A stretch of 64,000 bases of DNA from a virus, in IMG/VR virus record IMGVR_UViG_3300030333_008459, positions 1-64,000 of that record; one strand, written 5' to 3'. The notes under the pieces were generated by a model. The model searched no databases. It saw nothing but the letters and a program-made list of their open reading frames with translations, and was not told the DNA's origin. Made by a program: the position numbers and the translations under genes. Positions within the stretch are counted from its first letter, which is position 1, and each line of letters starts with the position of its first letter. Of this stretch, positions 16,514-26,118 are shown one piece after another.

Positions 16514-19068
16514 TATTTAATTTCAGATAACTTCATGTAGATTTTATCCTTTAGAGGAAAAAGTTTGTCAACAAAAACAACATCGTCTCCTTTGGAGCCA
16601 TAAATGATAATTATATCTCCTTTAACTGGTAGTTTTTTACCTTCATCTAGGTAATCTGTAAGACGAGAAGCGCGATTGCTGTCCAGAAACAAAGCATTCA
16701 CATTGCCAACTTCATCTTGAATATCTAAACGAGCGTATTTGTTGCCATTTCTGCTAGTCCTTCTAATAATATCGGTGATAACACCTACAAATTTAACATT
16801 AGCTCTCTCTGCTAGATCGCGGACAACAGAAGAGGAGTGGAAATCGTCTTCGTAACTGAAAACCTCTCTTATGTTGAATGAGTAGCTATATCCTAGTAAT
16901 TTTTCCTCAAAATACCAATTAGAGTATTTAATGTGTTTGGAGTTCATTTCGTATATCTCTTTGTAAGGTGAGAACTTTTTACGAAATGTCTCAAAACGCC
17001 TATCTGTAAACATCTGGCGGTTGTCATCGCCTACCATTTTATCTTTGCGAGTTTCATGGATCGCTGTGATAATATCATAATTATATTTATCTCCTAAGGC
17101 GATCAAGTTTCTCTTTTCTCGATCAGTGAGAATGTTGAAGGTCTGAGCTTCAAGAACTAATCGGCATCTGTTGCTGTGGACAAAAGAATCGAGTAAACCA
17201 GCTTGGATAAGAGCTGATAAGATACCTATATTAAGCCCAGCTTGTTTTGCAGACAGGAAGACTTCATATTTGTTCGCAAATGAATCCTCTCTAAATTCTA
17301 ACAACGACTCTAAAACCTTAGTAGAAACCCCTTTAATTGAGTTAAGACCATATCTAATGTTTTCACCCTCAATTTTAAAGTCAATGTCAGACTTGTTGAG
17401 ATCGGGCGGCAAAAGTTTTATGCCGAAATCCCCTAGTTCTTGAGTAATCTTAGCTATTTCTTCGTGAGAATTAGGTTCATACTTTGTATATTTTAAAAGA
17501 CTTAAAAAGAACTCTTTAGGGTGGTTAAATTTAAGATATACAGTGCAAGCTGCCAGATAAGCATAACTAATTGAGTGTGACTTGTTGAAAGAGTAGTTAG
17601 CAGAGTCTTCAGCTACGCTCCACAAGACATCTCCGATGGCAGGATCGAGATTGTTTTGTTGTATTTTTTCTTCGATCTTAGCTTTCCACGCTGGCATCTG
17701 ATCCACCTTCTTCTTCCCTACGATACGCCGTAACTGCTCCGATTCATCAAGGCTGAAGCCTACTTTAACAGCCATTTTCATGAGCTGTTCCTGATACAAG
17801 GGGATACCGCCTGTATAACTTAAAATATCATCAAAAAATTCATGAACCGACTGAGATTCCCCTGTTCTGACATATTCTGCGTATCTATCCTTAAAGTCTA
17901 AAGCTCCAGGTCTAGCAATAGCGACAACAGCAGAAAGCTGCTCCAGATCCCGTGGAGCTATTTGCTGACACACCTTGAAGTTGGTATCTGCTTCGATCTG
18001 GAAAAGCCCCTGTGGAGAGCGTAGACAAGAGAGGGCTGCGTATATGGAAGGGTCATGAGGATCTATCTCAGAGGCTTCTATACCTATCTGCTTACAAACA
18101 TCATGCACTACAGATAAAGTCCTCAAACCAAGAATATCAAACTTAACGCTTAGACTCGCCACATCATTCATGTCATAGCCAGAAACCAATGCCCCATCAT
18201 TTGTAGTTTGGAGTGGCATAATATCGTCTAAATCATAATAAGAGATACAAATACCAGAAGGGTGAACTCCTGTGTTTTTATTTAACCCTTGAAGTTTTTT
18301 AGCTATGCGAAAAGCTTTAGAGTGCTTATCTGCATAAGCCTTGAAGGTTTCGCTCTCTTCATATGCATCATCAAGTTTAGCTACGATCCCAAAGTGTTTC
18401 GGGATTGTATCACTAATTTGGTTTACTTCTGCTTCGCTTAAATCTTCTACTATCTTACCGCACTCTTTCATGCAGAGCTTACTGCTCAAAGTATTAAGAG
18501 TCAGAATTTTAGAAGTGCGTCCTTCGAACTTTTTCTCGATGTAGGCAATCACCTCGGCACGACGATCATAAGAGATATCGTTATCAACATCAGCTAGCAA
18601 GCTACCATCAAGATAAATTTCTCCATTATGTTCTATTTTTTTGGCCCTGCTTTTAGAGACAAATCTTTCGAAGAAAAGATCATACTCAATGGGATCAATG
18701 TTAGTGACCCCGATTACATAAAGAACCAGAGAACCTGCCGCACTCCCCCGACCTGCGCCTGTCGGGATATCGTTTTCCTTACAATAGTTAAGAATATCCC
18801 AATTTAGAAGAATATAGTCTACAAACCCTAAATCTTGGAAAATTGTTAATTCTTCTTTTATTCTTTCATAATAAGTTTGAGCGTTATCAAATTTATCAAT
18901 CCCCTTCTCTTGGACTTTTTTGTAGCAAAGCTTTCTTAGGAACTGGAAGTTATTCCCCAGGTCATTACAAGAAACTTCGTCATAATATTTTTTTTCTATT
19001 TGGATTTCTGGAAGCTTAACACCCACAGGAAAGGGAGTTTTGTAGCCCGTGTATTTGGTGGCATTCAT
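16513..19068 (-). CDS. dnaE: DNA polymerase III alpha subunit, catalytic part lacking the PHP domain
   Basis: GAGRGSAAGSLV, LFFERF, LADVDND (catalytic DxD), HPSG, KFDILGL, YSFNKSHS, HhH and OB fold. Confidence 0.95.
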   Translation of the reverse strand: MNATKYTGYKTPFPVGVKLPEIQIEKKYYDEVSCNDLGNNFQFLRKLCYKKVQEKGIDKFDNAQTYYERIKEELTIFQDLGFVDYILLNWDILNYCKENDIPTGAGRGSAAGSLVLYVIGVTNIDPIEYDLFFERFVSKSRAKKIEHNGEIYLDGSLLADVDNDISYDRRAEVIAYIEKKFEGRTSKILTLNTLSSKLCMKECGKIVEDLSEAEVNQISDTIPKHFGIVAKLDDAYEESETFKAYADKHSKAFRIAKKLQGLNKNTGVHPSGICISYYDLDDIMPLQTTNDGALVSGYDMNDVASLSVKFDILGLRTLSVVHDVCKQIGIEASEIDPHDPSIYAALSCLRSPQGLFQIEADTNFKVCQQIAPRDLEQLSAVVAIARPGALDFKDRYAEYVRTGESQSVHEFFDDILSYTGGIPLYQEQLMKMAVKVGFSLDESEQLRRIVGKKKVDQMPAWKAKIEEKIQQNNLDPAIGDVLWSVAEDSANYSFNKSHSISYAYLAACTVYLKFNHPKEFFLSLLKYTKYEPNSHEEIAKITQELGDFGIKLLPPDLNKSDIDFKIEGENIRYGLNSIKGVSTKVLESLLEFREDSFANKYEVFLSAKQAGLNIGILSALIQAGLLDSFVHSNRCRLVLEAQTFNILTDREKRNLIALGDKYNYDIITAIHETRKDKMVGDDNRQMFTDRRFETFRKKFSPYKEIYEMNSKHIKYSNWYFEEKLLGYSYSFNIREVFSYEDDFHSSSVVRDLAERANVKFVGVITDIIRRTSRNGNKYARLDIQDEVGNVNALFLDSNRASRLTDYLDEGKKLPVKGDIIIIYGSKGDDVVFVDKLFPLKDKIYMKLSEIK

Positions 19069-19697
19069 ATATCCAATTCAAAAAGTTGTTTACGGAAAAA
19101 TTTAAAATTCATTTCAATATCATAAAGGGCATCATGAAGTCTCTTGGGATCATGAGGTATATTATATTTCTTCAAAAGAAACCCTTGGGATGTTTTTAAA
19201 CCCCTCTCTCTATAATTCAGCAATCTATACTGCCAACTTAGAAAGTCTTTTTTATCCACAGGAATTTGCTTCGCAATGGCAACAGCTAAAGCTCTGGTGT
19301 CAATCATTCTAGGTAAGTAACAATATGTAGATGGTAGATTTATCAACTTCCTCCATACATTAAGCATATAGACATCAAATCCCAGCACATTATGTCCGAC
19401 TAGAAAGGTATTTGGATCATAAAAATCTTCAGCAAAAACATCCCATACTTCTTTAGGCGATTGACATTTCTTTTCATACTGTTTCTGAGAAAAACCAGTA
19501 ATCCTTGCAGCCTCTTCAGAAATATTTAAATCAGGCCACTCAATGTATAAATCTCTCTTTTTTATAACCCTATCCCCTTCTGCGACCAACCAAGCAACTT
19601 GCCAAGGTCTAGAAGAAACTAGGTTCAGTCCCTCAGTCTCCGTATCAAAAACAAGATACTTTTGTTTTTTATCAAATCTAAGCAGGGGTTCGGTCAT
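19065..19697 (-). CDS. dnaQ: DEDDh 3'-5' exonuclease (Pol III epsilon-like proofreading subunit)
   Basis: VFDTETEGL, GHNVLGFD and HDALYD motifs. Confidence 0.9.
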   Translation of the reverse strand: MTEPLLRFDKKQKYLVFDTETEGLNLVSSRPWQVAWLVAEGDRVIKKRDLYIEWPDLNISEEAARITGFSQKQYEKKCQSPKEVWDVFAEDFYDPNTFLVGHNVLGFDVYMLNVWRKLINLPSTYCYLPRMIDTRALAVAIAKQIPVDKKDFLSWQYRLLNYRERGLKTSQGFLLKKYNIPHDPKRLHDALYDIEMNFKFFRKQLFELDI

Positions 19698-20439
19698 AGT
19701 TTAAATGTTTTTTCTCTAGGTAAGACTCAAAGCAAAACTCTGCGCTACCAAAGTGATTCAAGTTTGGGTTGCTCAATGTGGCGGCTTTGCCAAAATTTCG
19801 ATTACACAAAATCTTGTAGGTTTGCAGGGCTTCTGCGTCTTCTCTGTTTTTGTATAAAATTGTTTTTACTGACTTAACAGGTCTCATCATGCTGCGAGCG
19901 AACTTTCTTACTTTTTCTGCTAAAATAGCATCAAACGGCAGATTGTTACACTCTATCCAAAATGTCGGCAATACCTTATGAAAATCAGGTAAGCACTTCT
20001 TCATGTGAAAGTTATTATTAAATATAAAAGAATCATAAAAAGGTATCACAAGCTCCAAATTCTCATCAAGCAATGAGTTCAGAAAACCGAAATCTACTTT
20101 ACCAGTCTCGGTATGAGCAAAAGAATAAATCCTGTAAAGAAGGCGACAGCCTTTGTCGTTATTAGCAAAGATTATAATCTTATGATCTGAATCATCGTCA
20201 TCATAAATACCGTTACAGCAGGTTATCCTTAACCCAAACACAAGGTTCATCCCAGCCTCTTTACAACGATTGTGGGCCGTCACAAAACCCGTCATAGAAT
20301 CTTCGACTAACACTAAAGATTTAATCGAATTCTCCTTGCAGATTTCTATGATACTATCTGCACCTCCCTCGGATGATTCTTCGTCAAGAGTTAGGATACT
20401 CTTTCCTATAGAGTAGGTTGACTTAAATACTGGAGTCAT
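19678..20439 (-). CDS. Stand-alone PHP domain of DNA polymerase III alpha (metal ligands degenerate)
   Basis: KSTYS, LVLVEDSMTGF, LVFGLRI, HKIIIFANNDKG..LL..YS and ILYKNREDAEA align with the DnaE PHP domain. Start placed at ATG 20439 after a leaderless promoter. Confidence 0.85.
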   Translation of the reverse strand: MTPVFKSTYSIGKSILTLDEESSEGGADSIIEICKENSIKSLVLVEDSMTGFVTAHNRCKEAGMNLVFGLRITCCNGIYDDDDSDHKIIIFANNDKGCRLLYRIYSFAHTETGKVDFGFLNSLLDENLELVIPFYDSFIFNNNFHMKKCLPDFHKVLPTFWIECNNLPFDAILAEKVRKFARSMMRPVKSVKTILYKNREDAEALQTYKILCNRNFGKAATLSNPNLNHFGSAEFCFESYLEKKHLNYDRTPA

Positions 20440-20446
20440 CACCAGC

Positions 20447-20474
20447 ATCTTAAACCTTTGTATCCAAAGGTCAA
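20447..20474 (-). promoter_or_regulatory. Sigma70-type promoter with a palindromic spacer
   Basis: TTGACC-16 bp-TAAGAT, 7 nt before ATG 20439; contains the ACCTTTG-gata-CAAAGGT inverted repeat. Confidence 0.6.
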
Positions 20475-21496
20475 GAGGAATGTGCGGGGCATCCCTGATA
20501 ATATTTCATTTCATAACTGCAACCCTCGGGAACTAAATCCTCAGAAAATTCATCTTCGAAATAAGAGGTGATAAATTTTCCCTCTGCGTTGGTAACTTCA
20601 TAATAAAAGAAATCAAACTTCATGGGGCAATGCCACTTCGGATTGCCGTCTATTTTTAATTCTCCTTTTTTTGTGGCGAATCCACATAGAAGTTTGCCGC
20701 TAAACGAATTATCTTTCGGGAAACCTTGATGAGCGGCATAGTTTTTCTGGGCATCTTTTTCTGAAAAGTTATCTAAATATTTTTGTATTTCAGACAACTG
20801 CATTTCAAATCCTTTTAACTCATCCTCGTCAAGAGGTTTCATACGCACAACGCCTGACTTTTTTGCATCAGGGTCGAGATCAAACTTCAAAAACAAGAAC
20901 TCGCTAACCCTCTCAGAATATTCGGGAAATAAATTTTTTACCGCAAGGCTATACATAAGATCTTGCAGATTATCGGTTTGATCTTTTCCCTTGAAGACTT
21001 CTTTGCTTGTTTTGAAGTCTCTAATTATAGCAAACTTTTTTCTCTTATATAAAAATAATTTGTCTATAAATCCTCTAATTTTATATTTTATGTCTCCGTC
21101 ATTTTTTACAATGTCGAAGTCTTTTTCTGAGTATTCTTCTGTTGGGTTTCCTAAGTCTGTCCCAAAAAAATCATAAGACAGACCATTGAAAATCATGTCT
21201 TTCATCATATCCACATTATCACAATCATCTATTCCCTCTCTGATTGCGTGTTTAAGGATTAATCTTTTAATAGACGGAACAGAAAATACATCTTGGGTTT
21301 TTAATATTTTATTATAATATTTTTTTCTACCCTTAAGACCCAAAACTTCAAAAACCAAGTGACATATCGAGCCTCTTTTGGCCCCTTCGTTGCTTTTATC
21401 AGGAAGCTTTAGTTTATACTTGCACCAGTAAAGCCATGAACACGATTGTGCCGTTTTTATTCTGCTTGCAGACAACGGCGTTTCGAGTTCAGGCAT
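20471..21496 (-). CDS. PD-(D/E)XK nuclease (RecB/AddB-like exonuclease)
   Basis: LSASRI...C.W.Y; RGSICH; IRGFIDKL...IIRDFKTSK; Q...Y motif. Confidence 0.88.
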   Translation of the reverse strand: MPELETPLSASRIKTAQSCSWLYWCKYKLKLPDKSNEGAKRGSICHLVFEVLGLKGRKKYYNKILKTQDVFSVPSIKRLILKHAIREGIDDCDNVDMMKDMIFNGLSYDFFGTDLGNPTEEYSEKDFDIVKNDGDIKYKIRGFIDKLFLYKRKKFAIIRDFKTSKEVFKGKDQTDNLQDLMYSLAVKNLFPEYSERVSEFLFLKFDLDPDAKKSGVVRMKPLDEDELKGFEMQLSEIQKYLDNFSEKDAQKNYAAHQGFPKDNSFSGKLLCGFATKKGELKIDGNPKWHCPMKFDFFYYEVTNAEGKFITSYFEDEFSEDLVPEGCSYEMKYYQGCPAHSS

Positions 21497-22553
21497 CGCT
21501 AAGTATTAAGGCTGTTTTAATTTCTTTCTTAGTGAAGTAAGATGGGTTGTTTTGAACAAAGTCTAAGATATATTTTATTTGTGCAGCCTTATCTATATCT
21601 TTACTTAGCCAATTACTGAAATCATAACCATCTAAATGAGCGTCACCAAAATCATTATATGGCTTGGGAGGGAATTTTACAGTAAGCGCATCTAAATCAA
21701 AATATCTAGAGAGCTTTATGAAGCTTTTTATCCCCGCTATGAACCCTCTATTTTGCCCACTATTTTCATCATTATTTGTTGAAATGCATATATGACGAAT
21801 AGAGTAGCCACAAAGATAATTGACAATGTTATTATTAACAGATAGGCCAAAAATGACCAAAACGTTTTTAATACCTTGTTCATAAAGAGATAACGCATCA
21901 CCAATACTTTCTACTAAAATAACTTCTTGTTTTGTTTTGATTTCCGCATCAACACCAGTGTTTGTGTTAAAAGCGGGATAAACCCAATTGTTGCGTCTTC
22001 CTATATGCTTCCATTTTGGATAATCATTATCTGAATCAACCTTTCTACCAGAAAAGCCAATTATTTGATTATGCTCATTAAAAATAGGGAAAACCATTCT
22101 CCTATACATTTTACCGACACCCGCCAAGCCAGATTGAAATGCTTCTTGTGTTTGTTTGGAAATTTTTCTCTGCTCGTAAAAGTGATAATTCGGGAAAAGC
22201 CTTTCAAGAGAGGAATCTGGATAAATTTTTTCCATTTCTATTGTTTCTTTTGCAGAATAAAGCTCAGAGGTTTCTAGTGTGCGCCCCCCAAGCAACTCCT
22301 TTATTTGTTTGTCGTCTTTGACAGTTAATCGGACCAAAGCCTCAAAAGGCATAGAGCCTTTGTTTTGAACAAAGTCCATCCAAACCCCTGTGTTTTTGTA
22401 TACTTTTACAGCGGTTTTATTGTCTCCGTCTCGATATAAAGCCTGTGTCCTCCAGTGATCTCCACAATCAATCAGCTGATAACCGATTGACTCTAGTATA
22501 CCTTGGAAGTCTTCAGAACTGATCGAAGTCAGGGATTTCTTCTTGGACTCCAT
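21489..22553 (-). CDS. dnaG: DNA primase (DnaG-like, TOPRIM)
   Basis: RMVFPI...IIGFSGR...PKW; ILVESIGDAL; TNND; NDFGD. Start codon uncertain. Confidence 0.88.
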   Translation of the reverse strand: MESKKKSLTSISSEDFQGILESIGYQLIDCGDHWRTQALYRDGDNKTAVKVYKNTGVWMDFVQNKGSMPFEALVRLTVKDDKQIKELLGGRTLETSELYSAKETIEMEKIYPDSSLERLFPNYHFYEQRKISKQTQEAFQSGLAGVGKMYRRMVFPIFNEHNQIIGFSGRKVDSDNDYPKWKHIGRRNNWVYPAFNTNTGVDAEIKTKQEVILVESIGDALSLYEQGIKNVLVIFGLSVNNNIVNYLCGYSIRHICISTNNDENSGQNRGFIAGIKSFIKLSRYFDLDALTVKFPPKPYNDFGDAHLDGYDFSNWLSKDIDKAAQIKYILDFVQNNPSYFTKKEIKTALILSDA

Positions 22554-24030
22554 TGCTATCTAATTCTTCTTCACCATCAAGCATTCTTGCTATATCTCTT
22601 AAGTCTCCTCTTTCTGAGATATTAAAGTTATTAAAATCTAGGTTAATTGAGTTTTTACGAAGTGAGTCGCCAATCCTCACTGGCTCAACTGCGCCAGCTA
22701 TGTCACTGCCCAAATGACGAGCCTTGACGTTTATTAGTTTGTGACTACCAAACCTGCCCCCCTCTGTCTCCATCTCATCAGCAGTCTTGTTGCGTAAGAT
22801 AAACATATGAGAGCAGAACTGTGTGATTCTATCAGAAAGGGAAACAATAGACTCATCATCTACAATGTTTTGAGAGTTCCTATTATTGGTTATGCCATAC
22901 CTGTTAGACTGCACTGAAGTGATCATGGGTATGACAGGATTCCCGTCATGCAAAATCTCTTTTTGAACACACTTTTTAAACTTGTCCACCATCTCACCGA
23001 CAACCTGCCACTCTGATTTGTTAGCGATGTTTTCAGATGTGGTTTTTATATAATCAAAAGAAAATACCATAGGGTTGCCGCGACCGACCTTAGAATAGTA
23101 AAATCTCTTCAGGGTATTAACCATAGAGTCCACATCCATGCCCCCTACATTGTAATAATAGAATTTTAAATTCTTAACCTTAGGCCAAACTGCTCTGACC
23201 TTTTTAACAACATCCTCTCCTGCTCGTCTCCATTTACCACTCTCAAGAAGATGCATTGAAACACCAGACAGGGCAGCGCATTGACGCATAATAAGCTCCT
23301 CTTTGCTCATTTCACCATTGTCGAAGTGAAGAACAGGGACATCATACTGAAGACTAACCTTGGTAGAGTAATCCATGCAAAATTGAGTTTTACCCACACC
23401 AGACCTAGCTACAATAACAGTTATATTACCAGCACGTAGAAGAGAGCCGTAAATCTCATTAACCTTTGGGTGCGGACCCATCATACCAAACTCTGTGAGC
23501 GGGTTATTACCCCGATCCTCTACAAGAGCCTCCATTTCCTCATATATGTTCTCTGGGACATCGTTGCCCATTTCATAAAGGTTGATGCGAGAATTATATG
23601 CGCTATCTGCTGCTTCAATTATGGCGCGATAAGATGCCTCAGGAGGCATGTTTTTCATCTTTTTGCCGATGTCTTGAGAGGACTCTAGAATTTCGCGTCT
23701 TATTGAGTATTTTTTTAGCTCCTTAGCTGTTTTAAGGGTATTGCCCTTCGGCACTTTCCTGAGAGCTAAAGATTTAATGTAGTCGGAGGGATTTAAATTG
23801 TCTTCGAAAGACAACCCAACCTCGTTTACCCTTTGAGCAATGATAACCTCATCTATTTCGTCTCCAGCATCAATAGCTTGTTTAATAACACGAAAAATAG
23901 CAGAATGCAGAGAGCTTTGTTTGGAGTAAAAATCAGAGTTACCTATAAAATTAGATATCTCCGCTAAAGAATCAGGCTCTTTAATTAGACCCGCTAAAAG
24001 CTGCTTTTCTAATTCAAAATTATAAATCAT
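22513..24030 (-). CDS. dnaB: Replicative DNA helicase DnaB
   Basis: DnaB N-domain; ARSGVGKT, GEMS, FDYI, VQSNR and KAR motifs. Confidence 0.93.
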   Translation of the reverse strand: MIYNFELEKQLLAGLIKEPDSLAEISNFIGNSDFYSKQSSLHSAIFRVIKQAIDAGDEIDEVIIAQRVNEVGLSFEDNLNPSDYIKSLALRKVPKGNTLKTAKELKKYSIRREILESSQDIGKKMKNMPPEASYRAIIEAADSAYNSRINLYEMGNDVPENIYEEMEALVEDRGNNPLTEFGMMGPHPKVNEIYGSLLRAGNITVIVARSGVGKTQFCMDYSTKVSLQYDVPVLHFDNGEMSKEELIMRQCAALSGVSMHLLESGKWRRAGEDVVKKVRAVWPKVKNLKFYYYNVGGMDVDSMVNTLKRFYYSKVGRGNPMVFSFDYIKTTSENIANKSEWQVVGEMVDKFKKCVQKEILHDGNPVIPMITSVQSNRYGITNNRNSQNIVDDESIVSLSDRITQFCSHMFILRNKTADEMETEGGRFGSHKLINVKARHLGSDIAGAVEPVRIGDSLRKNSINLDFNNFNISERGDLRDIARMLDGEEELDSNGVQEEIPDFDQF

Positions 24031-24262
24031 TTTCTCTAGGATCTTGGGCGCTAGCTAAGTGGTTTTCAAGGGCTTTCGTCAAAGCAAATTCTGTCATGCC
24101 GCAATCAAATTTGCAATATATTAATGGTCTGCCGCTCTCAGATGAGACAGCCATGATTACACCTTTATATTTATCTACCCCGCCTGAAAGGTCATATATT
24201 TTCTCAACCAGTTCAGATGGTATGCAAAACTCAGAGCCATCATTGTTATCTTCTATATTCAT
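24020..24262 (-). CDS. Hypothetical protein
   Basis: 80-aa ORF overlapping its neighbours in the operon. Confidence 0.65.
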   Translation of the reverse strand: MNIEDNNDGSEFCIPSELVEKIYDLSGGVDKYKGVIMAVSSESGRPLIYCKFDCGMTEFALTKALENHLASAQDPRENDL

Positions 24263-24666
24263 AGATAAATATCTTGTTTTTTAAAAAGAGAAGCGTGTAT
24301 TTCATCCTGAGGATACACCTCTGCTAGCTTTATATTATTAGCTTTACAGAAGTCAAGCTTCTTTTCGTCTCTTTTAAGTTGGTCAGCGTATTTAAAGCGA
24401 TTCTTGTGAAAGAATTTAACAAATTTAGTATGTTGCGCTCCTTGCACTTCCACTGCTATTTTTTTGTTAGCATTGTAAAAATCTAAAGTAAGACGAGTCC
24501 CGACCACTCTAAACTCTTCGAAGACGATATCGTTCTTCCAATACTTTTTTAAGAATTTTTTTACTTGAGTTTGAAACTTGCTGCGACTTGGTTTGCTCCA
24601 GTCAATTAAATACTTTTTGGCGTTCTTGAGGTTCCTCTGTTTGCCATATGAGTCAACAAACTTCAT
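24259..24666 (-). CDS. Vsr/DUF559-like endonuclease
   Basis: FEEF...LDFY...IAVEVQGAQH...RDEKK..FC..NNIKL motif. Confidence 0.8.
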   Translation of the reverse strand: MKFVDSYGKQRNLKNAKKYLIDWSKPSRSKFQTQVKKFLKKYWKNDIVFEEFRVVGTRLTLDFYNANKKIAVEVQGAQHTKFVKFFHKNRFKYADQLKRDEKKLDFCKANNIKLAEVYPQDEIHASLFKKQDIYL

Positions 24667-25778
24667 CCTGTAACTTCTTCTTTAAAATAATCAAAAAGGA
24701 AGTTAGATAGTTTTTTATCTCCCTCTATGTGAGAAAATAGTTTTGGCTCTCCTTGTATTTTTTCTGGGAACTCTAAGTCGTTTTCAGATAAAATCTCTAA
24801 AAATTCTTGCGTTGGATAAAGCCACGCGCCCTTCTTCGTGAGGAAGTCCCAACCCCAAAGCATTCCAACTATTTCTTTCTCTCTCCAAATAGAGTTGCCC
24901 CCTTTTCTGCCATAGCGGATAGGGTAAGAGATCGTGCTATTAGTTTTTTCATTAGGTGATTTTTTAATAGTAACCTTAGCGTGATGGCCAATAATCGGAT
25001 TTTTCTTCTCGTCAACCATTTTTAAAGAGGGGTTTTGCAGAATTAAATCTCCTTTAAATCTAGGTTCAAATTCTATAATACTGTTAGCGAAATGCAGCAA
25101 AGCATTACCGCCTGTAGCGGTAGTTTGACGAACAGGAGCTTTCGAGTAAGGGTCGATTTTTATGTCTGCACGGACTTGGCTAATAAAAATAGCCATATGA
25201 CCACGCTTACCAAGAGCTACGCTTGTTTTCTTGCAAAAATCAGAAGCCACCACAGCCCCTCCCGCTACCTTTGTAGCGTCTTCGAAACCTTTGGTGAAAT
25301 CGTCCCTCCTAATCAGGCCATCCATAGAGTCCACAATAAAGCAATATCTCTGCTTATCGGGGTTATCTGTGATTAACGTCCTAACTAAACCCATAGCAGA
25401 CTCATAGATGTTTGTCTCGTAAACAAAACAGGTGCCATCACTCCAACTGTCTTTATCAAATGCAAAGGTGACACCAGATCTCTCTTGCATCTCTGGCCCG
25501 AGCCTTCCTTCCGCTTTAATATAAATACCTCTTGAATTAGGGATGGTCGCTAGAAAGTTTTTCATAACCTCTAACGACTCAGAGGTTTTGCCTCCCTCGT
25601 TGATCCCTGTAAAACGATGTAGCCCAGGAGAGAAGCCTCCCCCTAGATAGGCATCAAACTGTAAAGATCCACTGGTTACCTTGTAGTCAATGGTTTCTTC
25701 GAAGTTGTAATGATCTTTTTTGTTTTCCTTAAGATAGCTCTCAAGAATATCCTCCGATTTACGTTGTTCTTCACTCAT
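24663..25778 (-). CDS. recA: RecA/UvsX-like recombinase
   Basis: SGSLQFDAYLGGG, Walker A GINEGGKT, IVDS, FISQVR, TGGNALLHFA and KKGAW. Confidence 0.9.
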   Translation of the reverse strand: MSEEQRKSEDILESYLKENKKDHYNFEETIDYKVTSGSLQFDAYLGGGFSPGLHRFTGINEGGKTSESLEVMKNFLATIPNSRGIYIKAEGRLGPEMQERSGVTFAFDKDSWSDGTCFVYETNIYESAMGLVRTLITDNPDKQRYCFIVDSMDGLIRRDDFTKGFEDATKVAGGAVVASDFCKKTSVALGKRGHMAIFISQVRADIKIDPYSKAPVRQTTATGGNALLHFANSIIEFEPRFKGDLILQNPSLKMVDEKKNPIIGHHAKVTIKKSPNEKTNSTISYPIRYGRKGGNSIWREKEIVGMLWGWDFLTKKGAWLYPTQEFLEILSENDLEFPEKIQGEPKLFSHIEGDKKLSNFLFDYFKEEVTG

Positions 25779-26118
25779 CTAAAAAATCTTTTACCGTTCG
25801 TTTTCTTGGGGTGATTACAACATCTTCCCCTGCCTTCTCGCCTATATCATAGGTTTGATACTTAGACAAATCAACTCTAAAATTGAAAGCCCTGAACTTT
25901 TCATCAAGAGCGCTTTTAAGTTTAGGGCTTGTGTAGTAAGCCATTGAATCAATCTTGCGACCGAAGTCTACAATATCCATAAACTCCAGTGAATAACGAT
26001 CACATAGATCGTTAAGAAGTTTCATTTCTCTAGCAAAAAAGGGTCTCCTTCCCTTATCGGGGACTTCAACAAGACGAAAGATAATATCTCTTTTGTTTGG
26101 ACCTTTTTGCTTAGACAC
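25771..26118 (-). CDS. Hypothetical protein
   Basis: 115-aa ORF coupled to its neighbours. Confidence 0.7.
   Translation of the reverse strand: MSKQKGPNKRDIIFRLVEVPDKGRRPFFAREMKLLNDLCDRYSLEFMDIVDFGRKIDSMAYYTSPKLKSALDEKFRAFNFRVDLSKYQTYDIGEKAGEDVVITPRKRTVKDFLDE

Noticed and set aside
16513-20448. Split-intein DnaE or intron-interrupted polymerase
   Set aside because: No intein block motifs or homing endonuclease; the ORFs overlap directly and each is a complete domain.
20471-21496. Possible Cas4 / CRISPR-associated nuclease
   Set aside because: No cas genes or array nearby; its position beside primase and helicase fits a phage recombination exonuclease.
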